Assembly: GCA_020137815.1 (NCBI GenBank)
Contig: CM035356.1
Coordinates: forward strand, 5,952,001 to 6,016,000
Direction of reading: 5' to 3'
From: Hormiphora californensis
Lineage: Eukaryota; Animalia; Ctenophora
DNA length: 64,000 bases
This document shows positions 19,174 to 31,800 of the stretch, in pieces; within the stretch, counting starts at the first letter, position 1, and every line of letters starts with the position of its first letter. The notes beneath the pieces are model-generated. The model ran no database searches. It was not told the DNA's origin and was given only the letters and a program-made list of their open reading frames with translations. The position numbers were made by a program, and so were the translations under genes.

Positions 19174-19951
19174 CGCTGGCCCTAAAAAAATTTTTTAAAT
19201 CGTGACTTTTTTTATTTTATTAAAAATCGCGACTAAAAAAGACGCGCGGCGCGGCGTTTGGCACGCGCAAAACATTTTTGTCTGCGCGGCGCGGCATTGC
19301 GAAATCCAGATGTATCAAAAGTCGCGTTGGATAACTCGTGGGAAAACCAAGGACGACCAATTTCTTGGAAATCTCCCGATTTGACTTGATAACTTTTGTA
19401 TTTGATAACTTTTGTATTTGATGCCCGCTGGTGTTGTTCACATGGTCGGGTATGAGTTTTAATAGACATTTAAAAACAAAGATCCAAGCCAAAACAAAGA
19501 TTTTCGAATTTTCCTCTTGTGACTTTATCCATGATTTCTCGTGCACTGTGTAGTCGTTTCTTTTCTAATTTCAAGGGAAACATAACCATTTCACCATTCA
19601 AGATATTAGGGTAGAACTTAGGAGTCTCCACTCTCCAGTCGATAGTCTCAAATCTCAATCCAAAAGTTTGAAATAAAAAAATTTCGCTACGCTAAATCTG
19701 TGCAGCAGTGGTTAGTGGTTACCGAATATCTCACTACATCAGTGAGTGTGTCCTGTCAACCAAAAGGGTTTCCAACCGTTTCCATCAACCATGTGTCTCC
19801 TCTTGATGGCGATGAGGATTTATTATAGCAATATAGCAAGGTGTTCTGAGTGTAATAGTCGCCGTAACGAACAGCAACATAATCCCCGATAAATCGCTTA
19901 ACTCAAAGTAACTAAAATCAAAACTAGAAGAACTGCCTGCTGCACCTAGTA

Positions 19952-20691
19952 CAGTCGGACCCCGATTTACCGGGATCCTCGGGGGAAGCCATTTTGCCCG
20001 GTAAATCGGGGTGCCCGGTATATCGGGGTAGAGCATATTTGACCCATAAATCTTACTTTTGTCCAAAATTCTATAGCAAGATACCTCTAACTGTACAGTA
20101 TACATTTATTGATGACAATATGATCATTGCTTCTGTCATTAGGAATAGAAAATTTAAAAAATTCAAAAAAATTGTAAAATCTTTTTCTAAGGTAAACCAC
20201 CCCGACCGAGTCCGAATCGTGTTTCGAATCGGTGCATCTTATCGCATGTCCTGCCGCTAATTAGAGTCTAATTAAGACGGTTCGAAACGAACCGATACGT
20301 GATACCATGCCGAATCTGGGCACCTTAAGCGGGGTGAGGAAGTATCAAAGTTTCAAAATAACTTTTTCTCTGAAAATTTACGGGGAGCATCGATCAAAGC
20401 ATTGACTATGATTCTGTAAAATTTTGCAAAAAAAGTTATGAAATTTTTCTAAGATATACCAGCCACGTTCGAATCGTGTTTCGAATCGGTGCATCTTATT
20501 ACGTGTCCTGCCGCTAATTAGACGGTTCGAAACGGACCGATACGTGATCCCCATTAGACCTAGCGAATTGCAAATGCAAGTTTACCAACCAGCCAAACTT
20601 CGAAAATTGTCCAAAAAAATCGGGGGAAAGAAACCCTCCCGGTAAATCGGGGTTCCGGTAAATCGGGGCCCGGTAAATCGGGGTCCGACTG
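19952..20691. mobile_element. Tc1/pogo-like non-autonomous element (TA TSD)
   Basis: TIR CAGTCGGACCCCGATTTACCGGG flanked by TA. Shorter relatives at ~35545-35589, 48911-48998 and 52863-52951. Confidence 0.85.
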
Positions 20692-22060
20692 TACGTGACA
20701 GATTAAATGCCTAAAATAGTTTCAAGACTGGTAATTTGTCAGACACCACCTTTCAATTCACCTTTATCAATCCAAAAAGATTTCACCTCCGAATATGGTT
20801 AAATCAACTCTACCCAAATTAATCTGGAACGCGTTTAATTTTATTTCTGAATTAGTATTGTGGGTTCAACCCCTGTTCTAAACTCGGCTAATACTGTTAG
20901 TGAGGTGCCAAATTTGAGTTTTTCTAAAACTTTGCCACCACCAATCAAATAAAATTACCGTTTTCTCTTTCAACGCACTGTCCTCTCGTTCTGCGGGGTG
21001 GAACTAGCAATTAGCTGGAACACGAGATATAGAAAATAAAATTGCTATTTTCTACATTTCTACAACGCGTGCGTACACTGATTCCCAGCTTTTAATTTTG
21101 TTGTGTACAAGTTTAGAGACACGGCTTGTCCGCTTGTATCCTAATTCTCATGGCACTCTTTCTTTCTGTCACTCTAGATTCTGTATTTCTTTCTCTCATT
21201 TTAGTTTAGTACCACTACCACCTCTGTTTTGCTAACTCTCTTTGTTACGATCTAGCTATCTTTCTCTCACCCTAACTCTTCCCTCTCTCTTTAATTCAGC
21301 CTCTATCTCTAAGATGGTGTCTCTCCCGTTATTGGGCCGCTATTATGTTAACGTGAGAGCACTTTGTGTTACACTTCCGTACTTCCTCTCTCTCTGTCTC
21401 TCGATCTCTCTCTCTCCGGTCGTGTCTCCCTCTTTCTTCTGTGAGCCTTCATTCTCATTTCCAACTGTACAACTTTGAATTTTTGGTAGCTATTAATAAT
21501 ATCTTTCCCTCCCTCGTGCATAACTCCCATAACTCGAAAACTTGTAAAGGGTTTTGATATGAGAAAATGTACTGTGGGACGAAATCCATGAACTCAATTT
21601 TCCCTTATTATAAGTGCTACATGGATGCATAGTGTAATTATTCTTGTTCTGACCACTGTTCATGTATCTGGCTCTTCTCGCTCGTGTTGTATAATTGTGC
21701 TGTATACTTAACAGCTTACAGACCTACTTATACGTCCCTCATAGAGCTACCGCGAGGGGAGCAGCTTTACTCGATCTGCTTTGTATCAAATCTCCTTGTA
21801 TCACTCCCTTGTGTACCACCTTTATGTACTAAAATTAGGTACTCTGCTAATACTCTTGTCTCATGAATGTCTGTGTGCAGCTCACTGTGCAGCTCTATTT
21901 TCCTGTCGACACTTATTGAGCCACTACCATGTACATCAACTCCATTTTATCGCTTCAATTCTCTCAGTTCTTGATTTTGACACTCGCAATAGCATTTTCG
22001 CAATACTTGACGCGTCTCTCGTTGCAAGCTAATCCTAAATACCATTCTTCAGAAATAGCT

Positions 22061-24046
22061 ATGGGCTCAGGCAACCTTTTACCTGGAGGATTTGTCCTCG
22101 CAGAAATGGATCTCAAGTCAATGAATTGTGCTAGGGAAGTAATTGCGGAGTTTGTTGGATCATTCTTCCTAATTATCATCGGAGTCGGAGGTAATAAATT
22201 GAGATAATTCAATTATGATTATTAACAATATCATCAACATATTTTTCAGTTTTTCAATAGACTAATATAGTATTTTGCAATATTGCAGTATGTGATCCCG
22301 GGAGGACATTAGAATAATAACTGTAAAACACATTTCACTTTTTTTCAGCTATTCATGGTGCAACCTTCAACGCTGTACCCCTTGGCTCCGCTCAAATCCT
22401 CCAAATTGGTCTTGGTTTTGGTCTCGGAATAGGATGTTGTGTTCATTTGTTTTCTGATATCAGCGGTGGGCAATACAACCCCGCAGTCTCCTTCGCCCTC
22501 TTCTTCGCCAAGAAGATATCCCTAGCTCGAGCAGCTATCTTCACTTTGGCCCAGATTTTGGGAGGACTACTCGGATGTGGTGAGTGGTGTTGTAGAGCCC
22601 CCCCCCCCCCGGCCCCCCCCTGTTGTAGAGCCCCCCCCCCCCTGTTGTAGAGCCCCCCCCCCCCTGTTGTAGACCCCCCCCCTGTTGTAGATGCTGGGGG
22701 GGGGGGGGGGTTCTCAGGGAGATTTGTTAGGTTATATGGTGTCCCTTCTCAGTTCTCATTAACTGACTAAGAGAGATACACATAATACCTAAATACCATT
22801 TCTAGACATTTGACTTTTCACTCCCGGCTCCCCCTTGCTAAAATGTTTCCCCCGCTTGATGTAAGTTAATTTAAACCCCACACCAGGTGTCATGTGGGCG
22901 ATTCTCGATAAATGTCCAGGAGCTGTTGGGCTAGGATCAGGAGTCAGTGGTGCTTCTGGCCTGTTTATCGAGTTTTTCGGTACACTGTTCCTCGTTCTGA
23001 CGGTGTTGGCGAATGTAAACGAACTCCGAGGTCACGCTAATGGGTTCCAGCAGCCTCTCTCCATTGGAATCACAATCTTCGTTATTCACATGTTCCTGGT
23101 GAGTTGAATTATTAGAACGTGGGAAACGGGAATTCTATAATTACCTCCTGTAATGATTTGATTGTGATGGAATTATATAATTCACTGAAATTTGGCTTGA
23201 ATTATGGCATTGCGGTATGGTATGCACAGTAATTCTGTTTACTGAATTAGGACATGCCTACCTCAGTGGGACATATATTTGTGCCCGCTAGTAGACATGA
23301 ATTACAAGGCTCTCTTGCATGCCACCGCAATTTAGAGAAAATTAATTGGCCTTCCTGTGTGCACAGCATACCAAAATATGTCTGGCAAATACCACGATAG
23401 CCAACTTAAAGATAGTTTACCCTTTGGCCGAGTCGATCTGAGCGCACTGTCGTGAGAATTAAAACAGGGTTTGGGTGATACGAACTATCCATTATTAATA
23501 TATGCACTACACAGTTTTTTTATGACTTCACCAACGTCCCCCTTGTTTTTTTCAACCCCTGCGAATGGCAGTCTAGCTTGGCAACGTCCCCCCCATCAAC
23601 TCTCTCTCTCTCTGCTCTAGGTACCAACTACTGGATGTGGAATTAACCCAGCCCGGAGTCTTGTAACAAACCTTGTCAATTGGGAGTTCCCTTCCACTTT
23701 TTATGTAAGTAAAATGACTTTGTTTTTATCTTTTCTTTTTAACAAAAAAAAAAGGTTTTTGGTACTAACATTTAGCACTAGTATTCATTTTTAATCTACC
23801 TAAATCAAAAATGTATTATTATCCTCTCTAATCCCCTCTCCCAATTAGATCTACATAATTGGACCAATGATGGCAGCAGTAGTAGGTGGACTTGGCTACA
23901 CCTATGTGTTTGAACCCCACTATAGCCCATGTAGGCCCCTTCAAGCCGTGGCACCCGGACCCTCAGTTACTACCTCCGAGCACGCTAAGCACACCATTGC
24001 CGGTGTCTGTGCACCGCACGAAAAGAGGACCTCTTTCGTTATGTAA
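22061..24046 (+). CDS. Aquaporin (MIP family, AQP1-like water channel), ~284 aa
   Basis: Exons 22061-22190, 22349-22579, 22887-23098, 23621-23704, 23849-24046. Motifs AEFVGS, SGGQYNPAVS, IEFFGT, TGCGINPARS and IYIIGPMM. Confidence 0.93.
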
Positions 24047-25355
24047 AGTGGTAGAGACACTTTGTAATATATGAGGGACTTTTTTCCGTCTCATCCTGAG
24101 GATAGACTCCACTAGACATAGTGAGATATCTGGAAGTGTCAGATTTGATATGAGGGGTCGGGTGTATGTAGTTGCAGAGTAGGAAAGAGAACAAAAATGG
24201 GGTATTAGGGCATCCAGGCCTATTCTATTGCAGATTGTCTAGACCTATCCATCCTTCTTAGTATTATAATAACGAAAGGTCAACTACAGGGGGTTGATCT
24301 TTTGGGGGTCCTAATAGACCCTCTATAATCACCCATGCTAACTCAATATGCAAAGATTTCATAATTGCCACACAGAGCCGTACAGACAGACAGACAGCCA
24401 TACTGCAATATGCAAATGTAGTGGTTTTGTGATATGTAATTGTAAGAGGAGTAGTTTATTGTATAACACACTTCTAGCCTGAGAGGGATGGAGAAGGGTA
24501 GGATCATACAGTCAGTGAACGTGAGCTTCTTATTTGTAATTATTGACCGAGAGTACGAAAATGAATTTTGTTTTTTGTTGTAATAATGTGATATCAACTT
24601 GTTGTAATACACAAATTAATTTGCTAACTGTGAGTTTTTAAGTGTTCCACTAAATGTAATCCAACTTTTGAGGTCAAAGTTCTTTGATTTAATTTAAAGA
24701 ATTTAGAATTGTGGCCTGCGGAAGCCTCTAGCTGGGAAATATGAAACGATTGCCCAAGTTTAAGTTTGTAAATCAAAGTTCTATTTGTAGAATGTCGAAT
24801 ATTCTAGAAAATATGGATCCTTGAGTGATTGACATGAGAATTCGCGAATTCTGGTGGGTCGCCCTGGTTTGGACGACTCGGTCAACTTTCCTCAGACGTG
24901 CAGTAACGCGCGGTGTCCAATTTTGAGGTTCTTCGCGCGTTGAGATGCTGGATGCGCGCGTCAGATAAATCCACATTGAACCATGGGCGCTGGAAAGGGC
25001 CGAAGGGTGTAAATATGCTGGTCCAATAGGCTTAAATACACGGCCTTGTGAGGCTTTTTAGACACTGGCCTTTTAAGGAATTGAGTCGCCCTATTTAGCG
25101 CCTGTAGACTATTCCCGTCTCTCCGTCAAAAAAGAATAACAAATTAGTTAAACACAATATTTTAGTTTAATCAAAAATAAAATTAGACAGTTTTTAACAG
25201 TCATCCAACGGCTACAAACTTTTATCACACACAAAAACACACACACACACGTGACACAGACATTAAATGTGTGATATCACGCTCTAACACAGTACCTCAC
25301 GCACTAGCTCACACCGTCTGTGTAATAAATAATACATTAATCCACTCCCTCCCCA

Positions 25356-25525
25356 TGGTAAGTGGTAAATTTTAGGGCTTTTCGATACGCTCACGGGCCC
25401 AAACAGTGATTCACATGAAATAAACGATCGAGTTTAGGACGGTCTTACTGGGAAAATATTGCTAAACAATAAACTCATACTCCTTTAGTTTGAGTAACGA
25501 AATGCCCTAATATTTACCACTTACC
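25356..25525. mobile_element. Small MITE
   Basis: GGTAAGTGGTAAATTTTAGGGC ... GCCCTAATATTTACCACTTACC inverted termini. Confidence 0.6.
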
Positions 25526-25899
25526 TCCCCATTATAATATCCCTCTATTTCTACGTCTCTCAGAGCTATCCTACCAAATGTGGTAGAACAAGTGGGATAT
25601 GTTAGTTAAGTTAATATTAATAACTCTGTCAGATAATTACTGCGTGAACAACGCGTTAAATATAGTTATTCACGCGTGGGTAGTAACGCGTGTGATTGTA
25701 AAAAATAAGCCAGCTCCTCAGATCAGTTCATTTCCTTTTCACCTCAAAACTCCAGTGGACACTGCTATGTCTATTAAATTAAATATATAATATCCCTGTA
25801 GCTCAGAGAAGCTCTATTCATAGTCTTGACCCATTACACCGCGGCCTAAACCTATAATCATGTATATCACGAGAGAGATGCCATCAGCTCATCGCGTCC

Positions 25900-28800
25900 C
25901 TACTCATTTTCATCAAATGGTGTGGTAATGTAGTCGTCCCTGTACCCTGAGATATCTGGTGATACGAGTACTGAACCTTCGGGCAGGTCACCAGTGGGAA
26001 CTGTGTCGTCCTTTCCATAGATCTGAGAGAAGACAGTAATAAAAGAGAAATTGGTCCGTGCCAACTTGCTGAGTAACCCCTTACACAACAAGTGCAGTGC
26101 CAACGGCAGTTCAGTGAGTGCTGGCACAAAGTTTGGGGAACAAGCATTGTACCAAACAAAGTTTTTCGTGACGTATCTCACTGCAAAGTTATCGACCCAC
26201 AACCAGGAACCGACAGAAACAAGTAAACAACCAATCAGAACGCGTTGTTTTGGTCACGTGACTGGTTATCAGCCAATCAGGGACCAGTATTTCCTGATTC
26301 GGTTGGTTCCTGCCCACAAAGCTGTGCTATGTACCTGTGATGATATTTTCCTCATTTGATCTCCCATTAGGTAGGTCCGGTAGAAGATTAGGAAATCATC
26401 GGCTGTAACATCGGCAAGAGCATCAACCATCTTCTTCTTGCGGGCAAAATCGCGAGGGGAATTGAATATCTCAGAGTTGAGTTCCAAACTAAAATCTGTA
26501 GGAATATGATTCTGTGTGAGAATCGAAAACTTGGCTGTTAGGTGCAGAAAAGGCAAATGCTACACAAATGCTGTTAGGTGAAATGGAAAATGCTAAAATG
26601 CAGTTCATGACTACATACTAATTATGAATTATACTAATTGGTTAAATTAACCTGGTTAATAACCAATTAGTTAGTTAATTAAAGTTTGTACCTTTGAGAC
26701 TGATTTGTTTTTGTTCTATCTGTTGCTGCATGGCTACTTTTAGACCTTCCCAGTTCGCCTTGCCCTCACTTGTAGAGTTGAGGTCATGGAAACTCGTAAA
26801 CTGTAGCTCCAATAAGTTATCGTGCCTAGGATGATTTGGTTCTATGAAATGTTTAAGGGTACGCTAACCAAAATTTTTTTTCGAGTGCAGGGAAATCTCT
26901 CACCGTAGGGTTGTAGGCCATGCCAAGGAGACCTCAAATATGCAATTTGAGCTCTCAAGTCGAATTCATATTTTTGCTACAGCTGCTTGAAAAATGAACC
27001 GAAAATAAGTTTTTGGCATCTTAAAAATACATTTGTAAAGATAGGATCATAAAAATTCGTGGATTTGAAGAGGACAAAGAGGTGAATAGCCACAAAATTT
27101 TTTTTTGAAATCCGAGCTGATTTCCGGTCCTGAGATGGATTTCTTTTTTTTCACTTTAACGCCCTATTTGGCAAAGTTCCGAAAACATGTGAAAGCTGTA
27201 AATTGGTCAAAAGTTGCGTCTAACGATTCTCTATATGGCCATAAATTTTGGGCGCGTCCTTATTTGAGATAAGCTGTACAGAGTTTTTTTTGTGAAAGCC
27301 ATCATTTCAGAAATAAATTAATTCTCTATATCTCAAAAACGGCTGATCGTAGAGACCTGAGACTATGCTTAAACGATTCAGAAGGTCCGATTTTGGGGGG
27401 GTCTTCTGAGAGACATTTTGCTCCTACTTCAACCGTTTTTGCTGTAATTGCGAAAAACAAAAACCCATCTTCGCCATAGTGAATTTTTTGTGATTTTGTT
27501 TTTGGTGATTATAGGGACCCATATGGACCAAATAGTGAAGGAATTAGCTTGTTACACATTTTTCCATAGTTTCGGTCCTTTCTTAGCTAAAATTCCCTAA
27601 TTACAGAATATTGGAGTTTAGCTTTTGCCCTTTTCATAGAATTTGTTTTTCGCAATTACAGCAAAAACGGTTGAAGTAGGAGCAAAATGTCTCTCAGAAG
27701 ACCCCCCCAAAATCGGACCTTCTGAATCGTTTAAGCATAGTCTCAGGTCTCTACGGTCAGCTGTTTTTGAGATACAGGGAATTTATTTATTTCTGAAATG
27801 ACGGCTTTCACAAAAAAAACTCTGTACAGCTTATCTCAAATAAGGACGCGCCCAAAATTTATGGCCATATAGAGAATCGTTAGACGCAACTTTTGACCAA
27901 TTTACAGCTTTCACATGTTTTCGGAACTTTGCCAAATAGGGCGTTAAAGTGAAAAAAAAGAAATCCATCTCAGGACCGGAAATCAGCTCGGATTTCAAAA
28001 AATTTTTTTGTGGCTATTCACCTCTTTGTCCTCTTCAAATCCACGAATTTTTATGATCCTATCTTTACAAATGTATTTTTAAGATGCCAAAAACTTATTT
28101 TCGGTTCATTTTTCAAGCAGCTGTAGCAAAAATATGAATTCGACTTGAGAGCTCAAATTGCATATTTGAGGTCTCCTTGGCATGGCCTACAACCCTACGG
28201 TGAGAGATTTCCCTGCACTCGAAAAAAAATTTTGGTTAGCGTACCCTTAATATGGAACAATTATTATGGAATTAGTTGATGTGAGAGGACATTAAAAAAT
28301 AGATTGAAAAATTCACACTCACTCTTCAGCAATGACCTCCGCTCCAAATCCAGGTCTAGATCCCTGAACCAGAATATTGAACGTGACGATGTCCTTATAT
28401 TCCTCGTCGAAGCAACTCGCTACGTAACCCAATTGTTGCTGAAACAGAGGTTTACTGAAATTGGTGGCATAAACTGTATGCATGTGTTAATTACAGTACC
28501 ACAATTATCGACTGTGGTCGCCAGACAAATCATGTCAAGCTTGTACCCTTTGTCCAAGCACATTTTTTGAATGAATTGTTGGGGTGATAATATTTGAGGA
28601 TTCACCAACCATGATTGAATACATTCTATAAACCGATTAGGTGGATCCTAGCTAACACCAACTTTCCTTGCTCGACCCTGTTTGAACAAAACGGGAACAA
28701 AACAAACACCAACCTGATTTAGTACCATTATATCGTTGTCTATCTTGTTAACCAACCTGAGTTCTAAGATAGTTAAAGCACGGTTCTCGCATCATAAGAC

Positions 28801-31800
28801 CAAGAAGCCGGGTCAGCACGTATCGGGTGTAGGGTTTCCGTCCCTTGAACAGATCTCCATTACCCTTCATAGGTCCGATCTGGGGGGGGGGGATATTTAG
28901 TGAGTAAAAATTTGAATTTTCAGTTTTTTACTATGGTTACCAAAACATATGGTTACTACTTAGGTGGTTACTATGGTTACCTAATTAGGTGGTTACTATG
29001 GTTACCTGGAAGGTGGTTACAACTGCCGAGTTAGGTTCATCCTTGTTGAGGACCTTCTGCCTTATCACAAGGGTCTTCTCAGCTGGCAACTTCAAGGCGG
29101 GGAATACGAAATCCTCCAACCTGTCTTCCTTTACCACGGAGGCACTTCCACCTGTAGGAATTAGGGGTAACCATGGTAACTTGTGGGATCTGTTAAGGGT
29201 AACCATGGCAACTTGTGGGAGCTGTTAGGGGTAACCATGGTAACTTGTGGGATCTGTTAGGGGTAACCATGGTAACTTGTGGGATCTGTTAGGGGTAACC
29301 ATGGTAACTTGCGGGATCTGTTAGGGGTAACCATGGTAACTTGTGGGATCTGTTAGGGGTAACCATGGTAACTTGTGGGATCTGTTAGGGGTAACCATGG
29401 TAACTTGTGGGATCTGTTAGGCGTAACCATGGTAACTTGTGGGATCTGTTAGGGGTAACCATGGTAACTTGTGGGATCTGTTAGGGGTAACTATGGTAAC
29501 TTGTGGGATCTGTTAGGCGTAACCATGGTAACTTGTGGGATCTGTTAGGGGTAACCATGGTAACTTGTGGGATCTGTTAGGGGTAACCATGGTAACTTGT
29601 GGGATCTGTTAGGGGTAACCATGGTAACTTGTGGGATCTGTTAGGGGTAACCATGGTAACTTGTGGGATCTGTTAGGGGTAACCATGGTAATTTGTAGGA
29701 TCTGTTAGGGGTAACTATGGTAACTTGTGGGATCTGTTAGGGGTAACCATGGTAACTTGTGGGATCTGTTAGGCGTAACCATGGTAACTTGTGGGATCTG
29801 TTGGGGTAACCATGGTAACTTGTGGGATCTGCTAGGGGTAACCATGGTAACTTGTGAAAGTGACTGGGATGTGGTAACCATGGTAACTGGGGAGAAGGGG
29901 AACTAGTTACCATATGAAACCGTGGTGAGGTCATTAATAGAACATACCGGTGACAAGTTTAGTTTTCACTATCTCTGCGTACTCCACTGTTTGATCCTTA
30001 TTGACATTTCCAATGGCCGAACAATCAACAGATATCTCCTGAACAAATTCAATTTTTTAATCAAAATATTCTCCCTTTTTAGGCTCAAAATTTACAACAT
30101 TAACACGCGTGAACGATCAGTGTTCAAACAGTTCAAATAATTTTTAGTTGACTCTCTAAAATCTATTTTCGCGGGGAATGGTATCCCTGATCTCTAAGGT
30201 TTACCTCTAGGAAGTTATCCCTAAGCTCCTTTACTCCTTCCTGTGTCAAGCCGTCTATCATATCGAGGGCATCGCTGAACTCAAAGAAGTATTTGTCCTG
30301 CAAAATCCTGCATGGGAGAGAAAGAGTGAGTTAGTGAACACTACTAGGCCGCTGATAGGTGTGTTTTAGTTGCACTCAGCACTGTTACCATGGTAACCTA
30401 TCTGCAATATATGTTACCATGGTAACCTAGCTGCACTATGTTACCATGGTTATAGGTTACCTAGCCGTACTATGTTACCATGGTAACCTAGCTGCACTAT
30501 GTTACCATGGTTACCTAGCCGTACTATGTTACCATGGTTACCTAGCCGTACTATGTTACCATGGTTACCTAGCTGCACTATGTTACCATGGTTACCTAGC
30601 CACACTATTTTACCATGGTAACCTAGCCACACTATGTTACCATGGTTACCTAGCCGTACTATGTTACCATGGTAACCTAGCTACAAACTATGTTACCATG
30701 GTTACCTAGCTGCACTATGTTACCATGGTAACCTAGCTGCACTATGTTACCATGGTTACCTAGCTACAAACTATGTTACCATGGTTACCTAGCCGCACTA
30801 TGTTACCTTGTTGCCCTCATAGAGAGGTCAGCGGGGGAGCTATTCTGGACATTTAGATATCTCTTTCTCAGGGGTTCCCGTATTGTAGCATTGAAGAAGG
30901 ATTCCTCCATAGAAAAACTCATATCAAACAGAGATCCCATAGAGGTCTTTATCACATTCTTCACCTGTCGAGAGATAAGTATTTAAGTTCTAACCCTTAT
31001 TTTACAATCATGGTCAACTGTCAAGTGGGGGTAAAGTTAAAATATTTCTATTTTCTGTCCCACCTCACTGATATACCTAGGTGAGTGGCGACAAAGTAAG
31101 CAAACCCCGCTGGCAAGGAAACAACAATATTTTCTTTAGAATCATCGGATGGTGAATAATAAGGAGACGGAATTATCCGATATTAATTAATTGATTAATT
31201 AATTACCTTTTCGGAGTGAGAGAATCCTCCTATCGCAATGTGCCAAACCGTCTTAAAGTTAAAGAAAATTTCATACTCCACAGTGACAGCCGGATAGAGG
31301 AGGGCAGCTGTTTCTAGTACAAACATTTCTATGGAGAACAGGTAGATATTAGTTTGGGGCGAGTGGATTTCCAAAATCCCATTTTTCCTTTTTGTAACTC
31401 CTTACTCAACAACATTTTCCTGTTGTTATTGCATTGCAGCAGTAGACCAGCTTTCTCATATACATATATATGTATATATATATTTAGAGCAAAAACTAAT
31501 TGAAATTAGTTCGCCAGAAAGGTGGCCCATTTTGAACTTACTCCTTCATTTCCGTCACCTTTGAGTTGAGACTTCAAAGACATTGAGGTATCCTTAAACT
31601 TTTCCGCCTTCAACTCAAAGGTGACGGAAATGAAGGAGTAAGTTCAAAATGGGCCACCTTTCTGGCGAACTAATTTCAATTAGTTTTTGCTCTAAATTTG
31701 TACTCATTTTTGGTCGTTTGAGGTCATTTATGACCTCAAACAACTAAGCTATTTGTCAACTAAAGTGTTCAAATGTAATTCAAATGTACCTGGGTTGTAG

